The notes beneath the pieces are model-generated. The model saw only the letters and a list, made by a program, of their open reading frames with translations, was not told the origin of the DNA and did no database searches. From Anaerolineae bacterium (GTDB lineage: Bacteria > Chloroflexota > Anaerolineae > B4-G1 > SLSP01), in the NCBI GenBank assembly GCA_016931315.1, contig JAFGFB010000035.1:1-49901 (forward strand): 49,901 nt of DNA. Reading direction: 5' to 3'. The translations under genes were made by a program, and so were the position numbers. Below, one piece after another: positions 1 through 9,427 of the stretch (position 1 is the stretch's first letter; every line of letters starts with the position of its first letter).

Positions 1-91
1 GTCTGTTTGCACGACCTCTTTTGGTTTTCTTAATAATCTGTCGCATCCCCGCTTGCGAGGCTTTGATTGCGTGGTATCCTTATCCTTAAAT

Positions 92-904
92 ATGGATAAA
101 CCACTCATTCTGATTACCAACGATGACGGCATTGAATCACAGGGTTTGTGGGCGGTGGTGGAAGCTCTATTGCCCCTGGGTGAGCTCTTGGTCGTCGCCC
201 CAGATCGTCAATGGTCAGGCGCAGGACGCTCAATGCCGCATCATGTGACGGGTCGCCTTATCCCTGCTGATAGAGAGGTGCGGGGACAGTGGGTCCGCGC
301 CTATGCTGTGGATGCTACGCCGGCTCTGGCTGTAATACACGGACTTCTGGAGCTGGTAGATCGCAAACCGGATTTGTTGGTTTCGGGCATCAATTACGGC
401 GAGAACCTCAGCACCGAAGTGACGATTTCCGGCACGGTGGGAGCCGCTCTGGAGGCCGCCTCGGAAGCGATTCCCGCGCTGGCGATTTCGCTGGCGATGC
501 CGATTTCACAGCATTTGACCGGTGGCGCGGCGGTGGATTATACGGCGGCGCAGGCTTTCGCTGTGCGTTTCAGTCGCCTGCTTCTGGAGCGGCGTATGCC
601 CTTCGATGTGGATGTGCTGAACGTCAACCTCCCCTGTGATGCGACCCCCGAAACGCCATGGCGCTTGGCGCGATTGTTGCGGGGACGTTACTTTGAGCCT
701 ACTGCACCCGACCGTGATAATGGAGGCAGTGCGCGCCCCGGTTATCGTTTGATGGATGTATCTGTTGCAGCGGAGCCGGATTCTGATGTGTACCTGCTGG
801 TTAAGCAGGGATTTGTGACGGTTACCCCTTTGTCTCTGGATATGACCTCTCGAGTGGATTTCGGGGAGTTAGCAGCGTTGATTGCGAGTTCTGGTCTGGC
901 GTGA
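92..904 (+). CDS. surE: 5'/3'-nucleotidase SurE
   Basis: Motifs ILITNDDG, VVAPDRQWSGAG, SGINYGEN, SGTVGAA and VTPL. Start moved to the ATG at 92, just before the NDDG motif. Confidence 0.95.
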   Translation: MDKPLILITNDDGIESQGLWAVVEALLPLGELLVVAPDRQWSGAGRSMPHHVTGRLIPADREVRGQWVRAYAVDATPALAVIHGLLELVDRKPDLLVSGINYGENLSTEVTISGTVGAALEAASEAIPALAISLAMPISQHLTGGAAVDYTAAQAFAVRFSRLLLERRMPFDVDVLNVNLPCDATPETPWRLARLLRGRYFEPTAPDRDNGGSARPGYRLMDVSVAAEPDSDVYLLVKQGFVTVTPLSLDMTSRVDFGELAALIASSGLA

Positions 905-925
905 ACTCGACTTCAGAGGTGTGAT

Positions 926-3403
926 ATGCGGCGTTATAGTGAGATACTGCGTTTTCACGAAGGGACACGGGTCCAGGCATCTGCCCCAGAGGCGACTTCG
1001 GAGACGCCACCCGCAGGCACGCCACCGGATGCAGGCGAACAGTTTATCGTTTTGGTGGACCTCGGACCGGCATTGGCGCACCGCAGCCGGGAAACTCGCA
1101 CCATTGCTGCCCGCACCTTCTGGAAGTCGGATGGGGGTGTTGTCGCACGCCTGCGCCGCGCTTTGGTTGAGGCAAATCGTTATGTGCTGCAGGAGAGCGA
1201 CCGGACACCGCCAACGCAAATGGCGCCGCAACCAGAATCCGCCAACATTACCTGTGCCGTATTCTCCGGTGAGGAGTTATTCTTGGGCCAGGTGGGACCT
1301 GGCAATGTGTTGCTCTACCATCCTGAGGGGCGTGTGGAACTTTTCCCCAGCGCCGCCCTGCCCATGCTTCCGTTGGGAGCCGCGTTGCCGCCGGCCATTC
1401 ACGTGGGCTACGCGCCTGTCGCGCCCGGCAGCGCTTTGCTGATTGCAACCGCCAGCGTTGCTGAAGCTCAGGCACGTTCTCTCTGGGTGGAGACTCTGGC
1501 TGTGGGGCAACCAGAGCAGAGCATTGAGCAGGTGCTGCGCTCGATGCGTGAAAATCATGTGACGGGGTGCGCGGTTGTGGTGCATTGCCTCCCTGAGCTA
1601 CCAGCCCCCGGTGCTGCAGTATCGGGTGCGGCAGCATCGGGAGAGACCTACCTTCCGCAGAAACCGTTTTCCCATTCTGGACATACCTTTAAACCCTCGA
1701 TCGTGGCTCATGCCGCCGATCTGGCGCCCACATCATTTCCCTCCCGCGTGGAGACTACGTCTGCGCCACCGCCACCCGCGATACCGGAGCAGCGTCCCGT
1801 CTCGGCGCCGACGCACTTTACGGAGCCGCTGGTTCCCGTGCCCCCTCCCGTGCCCCCTCCCGCGGCTTCTCCTAAGCGCCTGACCTTGCTGGGACGCAAA
1901 CCCGCATCCAGATCGGCGCTAGAGCCGGTGAAGGCGCCTGCGGGCGTTATCACATCGCCGGCAGCCGTCGGGCCGGTGGCAGAACCTGTGGAAACACCGG
2001 CGGCACCTCCGCCGTTGCCAGAGGAGTTTGCGGACTTTGATGAATCGACGCCTGAAGCGCGTCCGCGTTTTACGCTGCGCATACCGCGCGTTGTGTTGCC
2101 CAGGCTTAAATTGCCCCAGATTTCTCTTCGGGGCACCTTTGGGCCTCTGGTGAAAGCGTTTGGGCAGGCATTGATGCCGGGCAGAGCGCCAGGTAAACCA
2201 TCTTCGAAACGGGTGCGTGCTCTGCGCGTGCCGCCAAAAGAAAACGCCTTGTTGCTCGGTAGCGTGGTGCTGGGATTCTTGCTCATCATTACCTTTCTCA
2301 CCCTCACGACCTATTTCCGGTTTGGCGGCGCTTCACGGGCTGCGGCTTTGCTAGAGACCGCGGAAACCGCTTGGCGAGATGCGTATGCCAGCCAGGCGCA
2401 GGAGGATTGGCAGCGTACCTTGACTCTGGCAGAGCAAGTCCTGGCGCTTGATGCGCGCAATGAAAGAGCCAAAACATTGCGCGACGAAGCCCAGCTTAAC
2501 CTGGATGTCTTGGAAAATGCTGCTGTGCTTGCGGTTACCCAGATTGCGGAGTTAGGGGTTTCCCCTGCGCCGCGCCGCATGTTGATCACACGCTCTTGGA
2601 TTTACTTGCTGAATCCTGTAACGGATGAAGTGTTAGGGATGCCTCTGGCAGAAGATGGGCTGCGCCTGAGTTCTGCTGCGCCAACATCTATCTTGCGCCG
2701 TGGACAGCTTGTGGGTGGCAATAGCGTTGAGCATCTCGTGGACATCGCCTGGATGACACCTGGCACCGGCTATCCCGATGGGGCTGTATTCATCTATAGC
2801 GATGATGGTGCGCTCTATATTTACGAACCCGCATTGGGGCCAGGAGGCATCACACGCCAGCGCCTGGAGGGTGAACACGCTTCCCGGGCGGTAACGATGA
2901 TGGCTACCTACGGGGATCAACTCTACCTGCTGGACCGTCAACAAGGGCAATTGTTTCGCTATGCACCGATCAATGGCCTCTATAGCAGCCCTCCACGTCC
3001 CTATTTCTCGCCTGGGAATGCTCCCCAGTTACAGACTGCTCTTAACCTGAATCTGGATGGCAGGCTCTACTTGTTATTGGGCGATGGCTCGGTACGCACT
3101 TATTTTGCCGGCGCTGAGGACCTCTCGTTTTCGATGCGAGGGGTACCCGATACGGACCTGTATCCATCCGTGATGTATGTCGAACCCGATCCTGATGCTG
3201 GGCAGATTTTCCTGGGTGATCGCCAGAACGAACGTATTGTGGTGCTCGACAAGCGTGGAAATTACCTGCACCAGTTTCGTGTGCGTGAGGGGCAGTTGCG
3301 ACAACTGGAGGCTCTTGTGGTGGCACAGGAACCGCGTGTGCTGTATATGATTGCCGCCAATGGCATTTACGCCGCGGCATTGCCGGAATTTGTTCGCAGA
3401 TGA
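926..3403 (+). CDS. Membrane-anchored protein: degenerate PP2C-like N-domain, Pro-rich linker, single TM, TPR-like helices, NHL/beta-propeller C-domain
   Basis: 825 aa. N-terminal NITCAVF..LFLGQVGP..LLIATAS pattern, Pro-rich middle, TM LLLGSVVLGFLLIITFLTL, and propeller-like repeats (LYLLDRQQGQLFRY, IFLGDRQNERIVVLD). Confidence 0.65.
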   Translation: MRRYSEILRFHEGTRVQASAPEATSETPPAGTPPDAGEQFIVLVDLGPALAHRSRETRTIAARTFWKSDGGVVARLRRALVEANRYVLQESDRTPPTQMAPQPESANITCAVFSGEELFLGQVGPGNVLLYHPEGRVELFPSAALPMLPLGAALPPAIHVGYAPVAPGSALLIATASVAEAQARSLWVETLAVGQPEQSIEQVLRSMRENHVTGCAVVVHCLPELPAPGAAVSGAAASGETYLPQKPFSHSGHTFKPSIVAHAADLAPTSFPSRVETTSAPPPPAIPEQRPVSAPTHFTEPLVPVPPPVPPPAASPKRLTLLGRKPASRSALEPVKAPAGVITSPAAVGPVAEPVETPAAPPPLPEEFADFDESTPEARPRFTLRIPRVVLPRLKLPQISLRGTFGPLVKAFGQALMPGRAPGKPSSKRVRALRVPPKENALLLGSVVLGFLLIITFLTLTTYFRFGGASRAAALLETAETAWRDAYASQAQEDWQRTLTLAEQVLALDARNERAKTLRDEAQLNLDVLENAAVLAVTQIAELGVSPAPRRMLITRSWIYLLNPVTDEVLGMPLAEDGLRLSSAAPTSILRRGQLVGGNSVEHLVDIAWMTPGTGYPDGAVFIYSDDGALYIYEPALGPGGITRQRLEGEHASRAVTMMATYGDQLYLLDRQQGQLFRYAPINGLYSSPPRPYFSPGNAPQLQTALNLNLDGRLYLLLGDGSVRTYFAGAEDLSFSMRGVPDTDLYPSVMYVEPDPDAGQIFLGDRQNERIVVLDKRGNYLHQFRVREGQLRQLEALVVAQEPRVLYMIAANGIYAAALPEFVRR

Positions 3404-3466
3404 AGACTCCCTGCTGCCTTGGGCTTCACTGGCATTTGGGGTTTCAGTTAGGGCTATGCCTGCCTG

Positions 3467-4663
3467 GTGGGGGAAAATCAGTTGAATTATCCTAAACCTC
3501 GTCGTCTGCTACATACTACGGATTGGGCTTTTCTAGTTGTGGTTGTAGCGGCGTATGTGTCGTTTTTTACAGCAGTAGATGTCTCTTTCACCGGTGTTGA
3601 GGCTCTATCGTTGGTGGTTGTGGGTCTGCTCTATACCGCCATTGGTACGTATGGTTTCGAGAATTTCGTCTTTTCGGCTCCCTTAGGGACTAAAATCCTC
3701 TATTATGTGTTGCAGTTCCCCCTGGTGATTGGAATCACGTTATTGAGCCACTTCAGTGGTGCATTTTGGTTGCTGCTTTTGCCATTGGTGAGTCATGGTG
3801 CTGTGCTCTTTACTCGCACAGGTGTGTTGGTTATCAGCGTTTTGACGGCACTTCTTTTTGGTTTATCTCTGGGTATACCCAATGGGTGGCAGGTAGGGCT
3901 TACTGCAACACTCTCTTTTGCGCCAGGCGTGGTTTTCGTCGTCATCTTCACGCAGATGGCCATCAGTGAATCCCGCGCCCGACATCAGGTTGAGGACTTG
4001 GCGCAGGATTTAGCCGAAGCCCATGCGACATTGGCGCAATATGCTGTCCAGGCTGAAGAGCTGGCCACAGCCAAAGAACGCAACCGGCTGGCGCGCGAAA
4101 TTCATGATAGCCTAGGGCATTATCTCACGGCTATCAATGTGCAATTGGAGGTCGCCCGCACGCTGTTGGAGAGCGAGCCTTCTCAAGCGTTGCCGCCCCT
4201 CGAGCGGGCGCAGTCGCTGGCCAAGGAAGGCTTACACGAGGTGCGGCGCTCTGTAGCGGCTTTGCGCGCCTCCCCCCTGGAGGGTAAACCGTTGGCGACG
4301 GTTCTGGCGACGTTGGTCGAGGAGCTGCGTGCCTCTGGCATTGAGGCGACCTTTGACGTGCAGGGTGAACCGCGAGCGCTGCCTCCGCAATTGGAACTGG
4401 CGCTCTACCGTGTGACGCAGGAGGCGTTGACCAATATTTGCAAGCACGCGCAGGCGCGCCATGCCGAGATCACCTTGAACTATGCGGTCGAGGCTGTGCG
4501 CCTGAAAGTGCAGGATGATGGTATTGGCAGTGATGCGCCAGCTGGCGGTTTCGGTCTGGTGGGGTTACGCGAGCGCGTGCAGTTGCTTGGTGGCGAGATG
4601 CACTGTGGCTCCGAGCCTGGCAAAGGCTTTGTGTTGGAAATCTCTGTACCGCTCCAGGAGTGA
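3467..4663 (+). CDS. Membrane sensor histidine kinase, HisKA_3 (NarX/DesK/LiaS-like)
   Basis: Several N-terminal TMs; ERNRLAREIHDSLGH, QEALTNICKHA, DDGIG, GFGLVGLRERV. Confidence 0.95.
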   Translation: MGENQLNYPKPRRLLHTTDWAFLVVVVAAYVSFFTAVDVSFTGVEALSLVVVGLLYTAIGTYGFENFVFSAPLGTKILYYVLQFPLVIGITLLSHFSGAFWLLLLPLVSHGAVLFTRTGVLVISVLTALLFGLSLGIPNGWQVGLTATLSFAPGVVFVVIFTQMAISESRARHQVEDLAQDLAEAHATLAQYAVQAEELATAKERNRLAREIHDSLGHYLTAINVQLEVARTLLESEPSQALPPLERAQSLAKEGLHEVRRSVAALRASPLEGKPLATVLATLVEELRASGIEATFDVQGEPRALPPQLELALYRVTQEALTNICKHAQARHAEITLNYAVEAVRLKVQDDGIGSDAPAGGFGLVGLRERVQLLGGEMHCGSEPGKGFVLEISVPLQE

Positions 4664-4688
4664 GCGAGTGCGCGTGTGAGGTGGTAGC

Positions 4689-5339
4689 GTGGGGCGTATT
4701 CGCATTCTGTTGGTGGATGATCAGGCGATGTTCCGCGAGGGCTTGCGCACGTTGCTTGCCACACAGCCAGACTTTGAAGTGGTAGGTGAGGCGGCTAACG
4801 GTGAAGAGGCTCTGCGTCTATCTACCACCTGTCATCCGGAAGTGGCGCTTATGGACCTTCGCATGCCTGTCCTTGATGGGGTCGCCGCAACCCGGCGTCT
4901 GCGTGCCTTGCATCCCGAAGTTCGCGTGATCATTCTGACCACCTTTGATGACGATGAGGATATCTTCGAGGGGTTGCGTGCCGGAGCGTTGGGCTATCTC
5001 CTTAAGGATGCCAGCTCAGCCAAACTCTTTGAGGCGGTGCGCGCGGCTGCGCGCGGGGAATCCTTCTTGCAGCCCTCGGTGGCGGCGAAGGTTGTCGCGG
5101 AATTTGCCCGCTTGGCAGAGAACGCGCCTCGCGCTGAAGTGCCCGCGGAGGCGCTCTCTGACCGTGAATTGGCAGTGTTACGTCTGGTAGCACAGGGGGC
5201 TAGCAACAAAGAGATTGCTCTAGCGCTTTTCATTGCAGAAGGCACTGTGAAGAATCACCTTACCAATATCCTCACCAAGCTCGATGCCCGTGACCGCACC
5301 CAGGCGGCGCTCAAGGCGCGTAACCTGGGTTTGCTCTAG
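4689..5339 (+). CDS. NarL/LuxR-family response regulator
   Basis: LVDDQ, LMDLRMPVLDG, GYLLKD, and LuxR HTH LSDRE..GASNKEIA..TVKNH. Confidence 0.96.
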   Translation: MGRIRILLVDDQAMFREGLRTLLATQPDFEVVGEAANGEEALRLSTTCHPEVALMDLRMPVLDGVAATRRLRALHPEVRVIILTTFDDDEDIFEGLRAGALGYLLKDASSAKLFEAVRAAARGESFLQPSVAAKVVAEFARLAENAPRAEVPAEALSDRELAVLRLVAQGASNKEIALALFIAEGTVKNHLTNILTKLDARDRTQAALKARNLGLL

Positions 5340-5430
5340 AATCGCCGGGCATTGCGCTGACTATCCCAAGATTCTCTTTGAGATTCTGCCGTATGCTCTA
5401 TGACGCGCGTGACGTCACACTCTCCAAATG

Positions 5431-5483
5431 TGACCCGGTCATGACCTTTGGGCCATCCTTTCTGCGCCTGCCAATGGTATAGT
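5431..5483 (+). promoter_or_regulatory. Putative response-regulator operator plus extended -10
   Basis: TGACC-c-GGTCA palindrome (5431-5441), a second TGACC half-site, and TGnTATAGT (5475-5483) upstream of the GGAGG RBS of 5523. Confidence 0.45.
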
Positions 5484-5522
5484 AGCATCGTTGTTTAAGC
5501 GTAGCTACTATACGGGAGGTTT

Positions 5523-6047
5523 ATGATGAGTAACGACATGCAGGTTCAGAATAACGAGAAACGCCATCACCTGGCTTGGGGTGTAGTTCTGGTCGGTGTT
5601 GGGCTTTGGATGCTGGTGAGCAATATCACGGGTTGGGATTTGGGTTCAGCGTTTCCACTCGGGCTTGGATTACTCTTTCTGGTGTGGGGAAGCACTGCCC
5701 GTAAACTGGGATTGCTGATTCCTGGCGGCATTCTCAGCGGCATCGGTCTGGGGGCGTTGTTGCTCGATGGTCCCTTTCGTGCATTGGCAGGTGACGCGGA
5801 GGGCGGAGTCTTCATGCTGAGCTTTGCGCTGGGATGGGCGCTCATCACGTTGACTTCTGCGCTATTTGTCCGCAAGGTTGCGTGGTGGCCCCTCATTCCC
5901 GGTGGAATCATGGCCTTCATCGGTGTCCTGTTGCTCATTGGGGGTCCCGCGTTGGAGGTCTTGACATACCTTGGTCAGGGTTGGCCCATTGTCTTGATTG
6001 CTGTCGGCTTGTATCTGATTCTTTGGCGTAAGGGCTTGCAGGAATAA
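5523..6047 (+). CDS. LiaF/LiaI-like multi-TM membrane protein
   Basis: About 6 hydrophobic segments with repeated LIPGGI and WP..LI..G motifs; GGAGG RBS; adjacent to a NarL-type TCS. Confidence 0.7.
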   Translation: MMSNDMQVQNNEKRHHLAWGVVLVGVGLWMLVSNITGWDLGSAFPLGLGLLFLVWGSTARKLGLLIPGGILSGIGLGALLLDGPFRALAGDAEGGVFMLSFALGWALITLTSALFVRKVAWWPLIPGGIMAFIGVLLLIGGPALEVLTYLGQGWPIVLIAVGLYLILWRKGLQE

Positions 6048-6055
6048 TGCACCAC

Positions 6056-6097
6056 TGGCAACGCGTTGCTGGCAACACGTTGCAGGCAACGCGTTGG
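6056..6097. repeat. Three tandem 14-bp units with palindromic core GCAACGCGTTGC
   Basis: tggcaacgcgttgc / tggcaacacgttgc / aggcaacgcgttgg read directly from the intergenic sequence. Confidence 0.85.
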
Positions 6098-6147
6098 CAT
6101 GGTATTCAAACTGGACAGCTAAGAATAGTATAAAGGACAAAGGTGAA

Positions 6148-7641
6148 ATGTTGACTAAAATACAGACTTCAACTGCGGGGCGTGTGGCTCTGGGGGTGAT
6201 TCTCTCGGCGTTGAGCGCGGGATTGTTGATACTGGCATTCCCCCCCCTTAATTTATGGTTTCTCGCCTGGTTTAGTTTTGTGCCCTATCTGCTGGCGCAA
6301 TACCGTTTCATGCCGCCCAAACTGGCTTCTGTCGCCTCGGCGGTCTTCAACGGCTTGTGGCTGTGGGGATATTTGGGACCGGTCTTCGGCGGCACGGGTA
6401 GCTTTATGGAATACTTGCCGTTGATTGTGGCAGGTATCTCATTGCTTACGGATAGCGGTAGCCGTCGCTTTCATGCGCGCACGGGCTTCCAGTGGTTTGT
6501 GCCACAGAATTTGGTCTCATGGGTGGGCATCGAAATGATCCGCATCTTCCTCCCTATCGCCGGGACATGGGGTTTTGTGGCATACACGCTGCACAGCCAG
6601 CCCTGGTTGATTCAGCCCGCAAGTATCTTCGGTATCTTTGGTGTGAGCGCGCTCGTCATTTTGGTCAACTACACGCTGGGCTTGGGCGCAATTCGTTTGT
6701 TGGATCGATGGTGGTTGCTTGAATCGGACATGCCCACGCCCACCTTGCGTGTCACGCGGCGTTGGTTGATAGTTGCGGGTGTGACGGCGGCGCTTTGGGT
6801 GGGCTTGAGCCTGGTGTTGTACTTTGTGCCGGTTGGAACAACCGTGCGTGTGGCGGCAATTCAGCCGGATGCTTCCCCCATTATCTCGGCCAATACCGGG
6901 CGTGAGGAAATCGTGGCGCAGCTCCACGCGCGGATGGTGGAACAGACGCGCGAGGCTGCGGTGCAAGGTGCTAGAATTATCGTCTGGCCCGAAGGTGCCC
7001 TGCAATATGACCCACAGGTACAGGATCCCTTGGGATTGGTCGCTTTGGCCCGCGAGACGGGCGCCTATCTCGTCATCGGTTATGTGGTGGATGTGACCGA
7101 AGATATTTTTCGCAATGAGGCGACCGTCATTAGCCCTTCTGGGGAGTTCCTCGGCGTTTTTGGCAAGGATCACCCGGTTGTCTTCGGCGGTGAAACCAGC
7201 CCTACCCGCGGCACGTATCCCGTATATGAGACGCCCATGGGCGTATTGGGGACGATTATCTGCTACGACCTGGATTTTACCGATACGGCGCGAAAACTGG
7301 CGCGGCAGGGGGCGCAGATTATTGCAGTGCCTTCAAATGATTGGCCCGGCATTGCTTCCAAGCACTATACGCACGTCGTTTTCCGCGCGGTTGAGAACCG
7401 TGCCGCGATGATAAAATCCGATGGTGGTTACGATTCCGCAGTGGTTGACCCGCACGGGCGTGTGCTGGCACTGGCGATTTCCCCAGAAGGCGGCGAGGCA
7501 ACGTTGGTAGCTGATGTGCCGGTGGGCAGTGGGAAGACGATTGCGACCCGGTTGGGGGATTGGTTCGGTTGGCTTTGTTTGGTGGGCATGGCGTTCTTCA
7601 TCTTTGGTGAGAAGGCCCTGGTGCGTCGCTCGGCAGCATGA
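6148..7641 (+). CDS. lnt: Apolipoprotein N-acyltransferase-like protein (membrane domain plus nitrilase fold)
   Basis: TM domain with LAFPP and PWLIQPASIFGIFGVS; E-K-C triad (WPE, GKDHPV, ICYD); FRAVENR. Confidence 0.8.
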   Translation: MLTKIQTSTAGRVALGVILSALSAGLLILAFPPLNLWFLAWFSFVPYLLAQYRFMPPKLASVASAVFNGLWLWGYLGPVFGGTGSFMEYLPLIVAGISLLTDSGSRRFHARTGFQWFVPQNLVSWVGIEMIRIFLPIAGTWGFVAYTLHSQPWLIQPASIFGIFGVSALVILVNYTLGLGAIRLLDRWWLLESDMPTPTLRVTRRWLIVAGVTAALWVGLSLVLYFVPVGTTVRVAAIQPDASPIISANTGREEIVAQLHARMVEQTREAAVQGARIIVWPEGALQYDPQVQDPLGLVALARETGAYLVIGYVVDVTEDIFRNEATVISPSGEFLGVFGKDHPVVFGGETSPTRGTYPVYETPMGVLGTIICYDLDFTDTARKLARQGAQIIAVPSNDWPGIASKHYTHVVFRAVENRAAMIKSDGGYDSAVVDPHGRVLALAISPEGGEATLVADVPVGSGKTIATRLGDWFGWLCLVGMAFFIFGEKALVRRSAA

Positions 7642-7655
7642 ACGGGAGGATTGGG

Positions 7656-8618
7656 ATGAACGAGACTGCCGTTATTCGAACTTATGGATTGAGCAAGACC
7701 TATGATGGTGTTGAGGCGCTCAAGCCTCTGGATTTGACTGTGGCTGCTAACTCCATCTTCGGTTTTCTGGGACCCAATGGCGCGGGCAAGACGACGACGA
7801 TGAAGTTGCTGTTGGGGCTGATTCGGCCCACGAGCGGCAGCGCCACGATTTTTGGTATGGATAGTGTGCGCAAAAGCCCTGATATTCGCGCGCGTATTGG
7901 TTATCTGCCGCAGGAACCGCGCTTTTACGAACATCATACCGTCTGGGAGACGTTGGATTTCACGCTGCGTTTCTTCTTCAAGGGGCCTGAGCAGGCTATT
8001 CGGCAGCGCATCGAGGAGATGTTGGAACTGGTCGGGTTGGAGGGCAAAGCGGAGCGTACAGTCAAGACGCTTTCGGGCGGTGAGCAACAGCGATTGGGGA
8101 TTGCGCAGGCTCAGGTGAACTACCCTGACCTGCTGATTCTCGATGAACCGGCAGCCTCGCTCGATCCCTTAGGGCGCCGCGATGTGTTGGAGGTTTTATC
8201 GCGCTTGCGTAAACACACGACCGTATTCTATTCCACGCACATCCTCGATGATGTGCAGAAGGTGAGCGATACCGTAGCGATTCTCAACCACGGTGTGTTG
8301 GCGGCTTATGGTCCCATCGAGACGCTATTGGCAGGCAGCAGTGGGGTGGTCTATACCGTGACTTTGAAAGGCTCGACCGGGATAACCCGTGCGCGGGTTG
8401 CATCCCTGCCCTGGGTGCGCGACTTGCAAGCGAGTGAACGGGAGGGGCAGAGCACCTGGACTGTGGCTGTGAGCGATGAGGCGACCGCTGAGCAACAATT
8501 GCTGCGGACGATTTTGGCGGATACGGGTTTGGTTGTGACCAGCTTTGGTCGCAAGCGTTATGAGTTGGAGGAAGTCTTTACCAACATTGTCGAGGGGGGA
8601 GCGCATGGCGGGAAATAG
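7656..8618 (+). CDS. ABC-2 type ATP-binding protein
   Basis: GPNGAGKTT, LSGGE, LILDEP, STHIL. Confidence 0.95.
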   Translation: MNETAVIRTYGLSKTYDGVEALKPLDLTVAANSIFGFLGPNGAGKTTTMKLLLGLIRPTSGSATIFGMDSVRKSPDIRARIGYLPQEPRFYEHHTVWETLDFTLRFFFKGPEQAIRQRIEEMLELVGLEGKAERTVKTLSGGEQQRLGIAQAQVNYPDLLILDEPAASLDPLGRRDVLEVLSRLRKHTTVFYSTHILDDVQKVSDTVAILNHGVLAAYGPIETLLAGSSGVVYTVTLKGSTGITRARVASLPWVRDLQASEREGQSTWTVAVSDEATAEQQLLRTILADTGLVVTSFGRKRYELEEVFTNIVEGGAHGGK

Positions 8619-9399
8619 TGAATTTGAGCTGGTGCAAGAGCAGGGTTGGCGCCGTGGCTTGCGTAACCTGATGCGGCAGGGTTTTGCTGGCTGGTGGAAG
8701 ACGAGCAGTTGGTGGGTGCAAACCTTGATTTGGGCAGGAATCATCAATTTCATCCTGGCGGGTGTGTTGTGGAGCGCGCAGGGTTTCGATGTGCAGGAGG
8801 CGCTGTCATTTTACGCGATTTTTGCCGGGCTGTTTCCACCCATTGCCGTCATCATTATCATGCAGGATGTGGTAGTAGGGGAAAAACTCTCCGGCACTGC
8901 CGCCTGGGTACTTTCCAAGCCGGCTTCTCGAACCGCCTTTATTCTCTCAAAACTCGCGCCCAATGCCGTGGGGGTAGCGGCAACGATGGTCTTCTTTCCA
9001 GGTCTGCTGGCTTTTGTGCAGCTCATGCTTGCGGGAGCGCCGATTGCCTCCCCGCTACACTTCCTGGTGGGCTTGGGCATCTTCGTGCTCAATCTCTGGT
9101 TCTACCTGACCTTGACGCTCATGTTGGGCGTGTTGACCAACAGCCGGGCAGCCGTTATCGCCATTCCTATGGCCTTTGCCTTTGGTCAGCAGTATCTTCT
9201 GGGTATGGCGCCGGTACTTCGGCACTTTCTGCCGTGGACGCTCTCTCTGCCGCCTGGCGAAGCGTTCGGCGGCGCGATTGTGCCTTCGGTGATGGCGGGT
9301 GTCGTCCCCTTCTCCTGGGGACCGGTGATTTTCGTGAGTGTTTGCATCATCGTATTCAGCGTTGTATCTCTCTGGCGCTTTCAGGACCAGGAATTGTAA
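8605..9399 (+). CDS. ABC-2 type permease
   Basis: 6 TMs; EKLSGTAAWVLSKPASR motif; overlaps the ATPase stop. Confidence 0.9.
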   Translation: MAGNSEFELVQEQGWRRGLRNLMRQGFAGWWKTSSWWVQTLIWAGIINFILAGVLWSAQGFDVQEALSFYAIFAGLFPPIAVIIIMQDVVVGEKLSGTAAWVLSKPASRTAFILSKLAPNAVGVAATMVFFPGLLAFVQLMLAGAPIASPLHFLVGLGIFVLNLWFYLTLTLMLGVLTNSRAAVIAIPMAFAFGQQYLLGMAPVLRHFLPWTLSLPPGEAFGGAIVPSVMAGVVPFSWGPVIFVSVCIIVFSVVSLWRFQDQEL

Positions 9400-9427
9400 G
9401 CGCCTTTTTGAAACGGATGGGCAGCAG

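Noticed and set aside
6056-6097. CRISPR array
   Set aside because: Units are 14 bp, directly adjacent with no spacers, and no cas genes are present.
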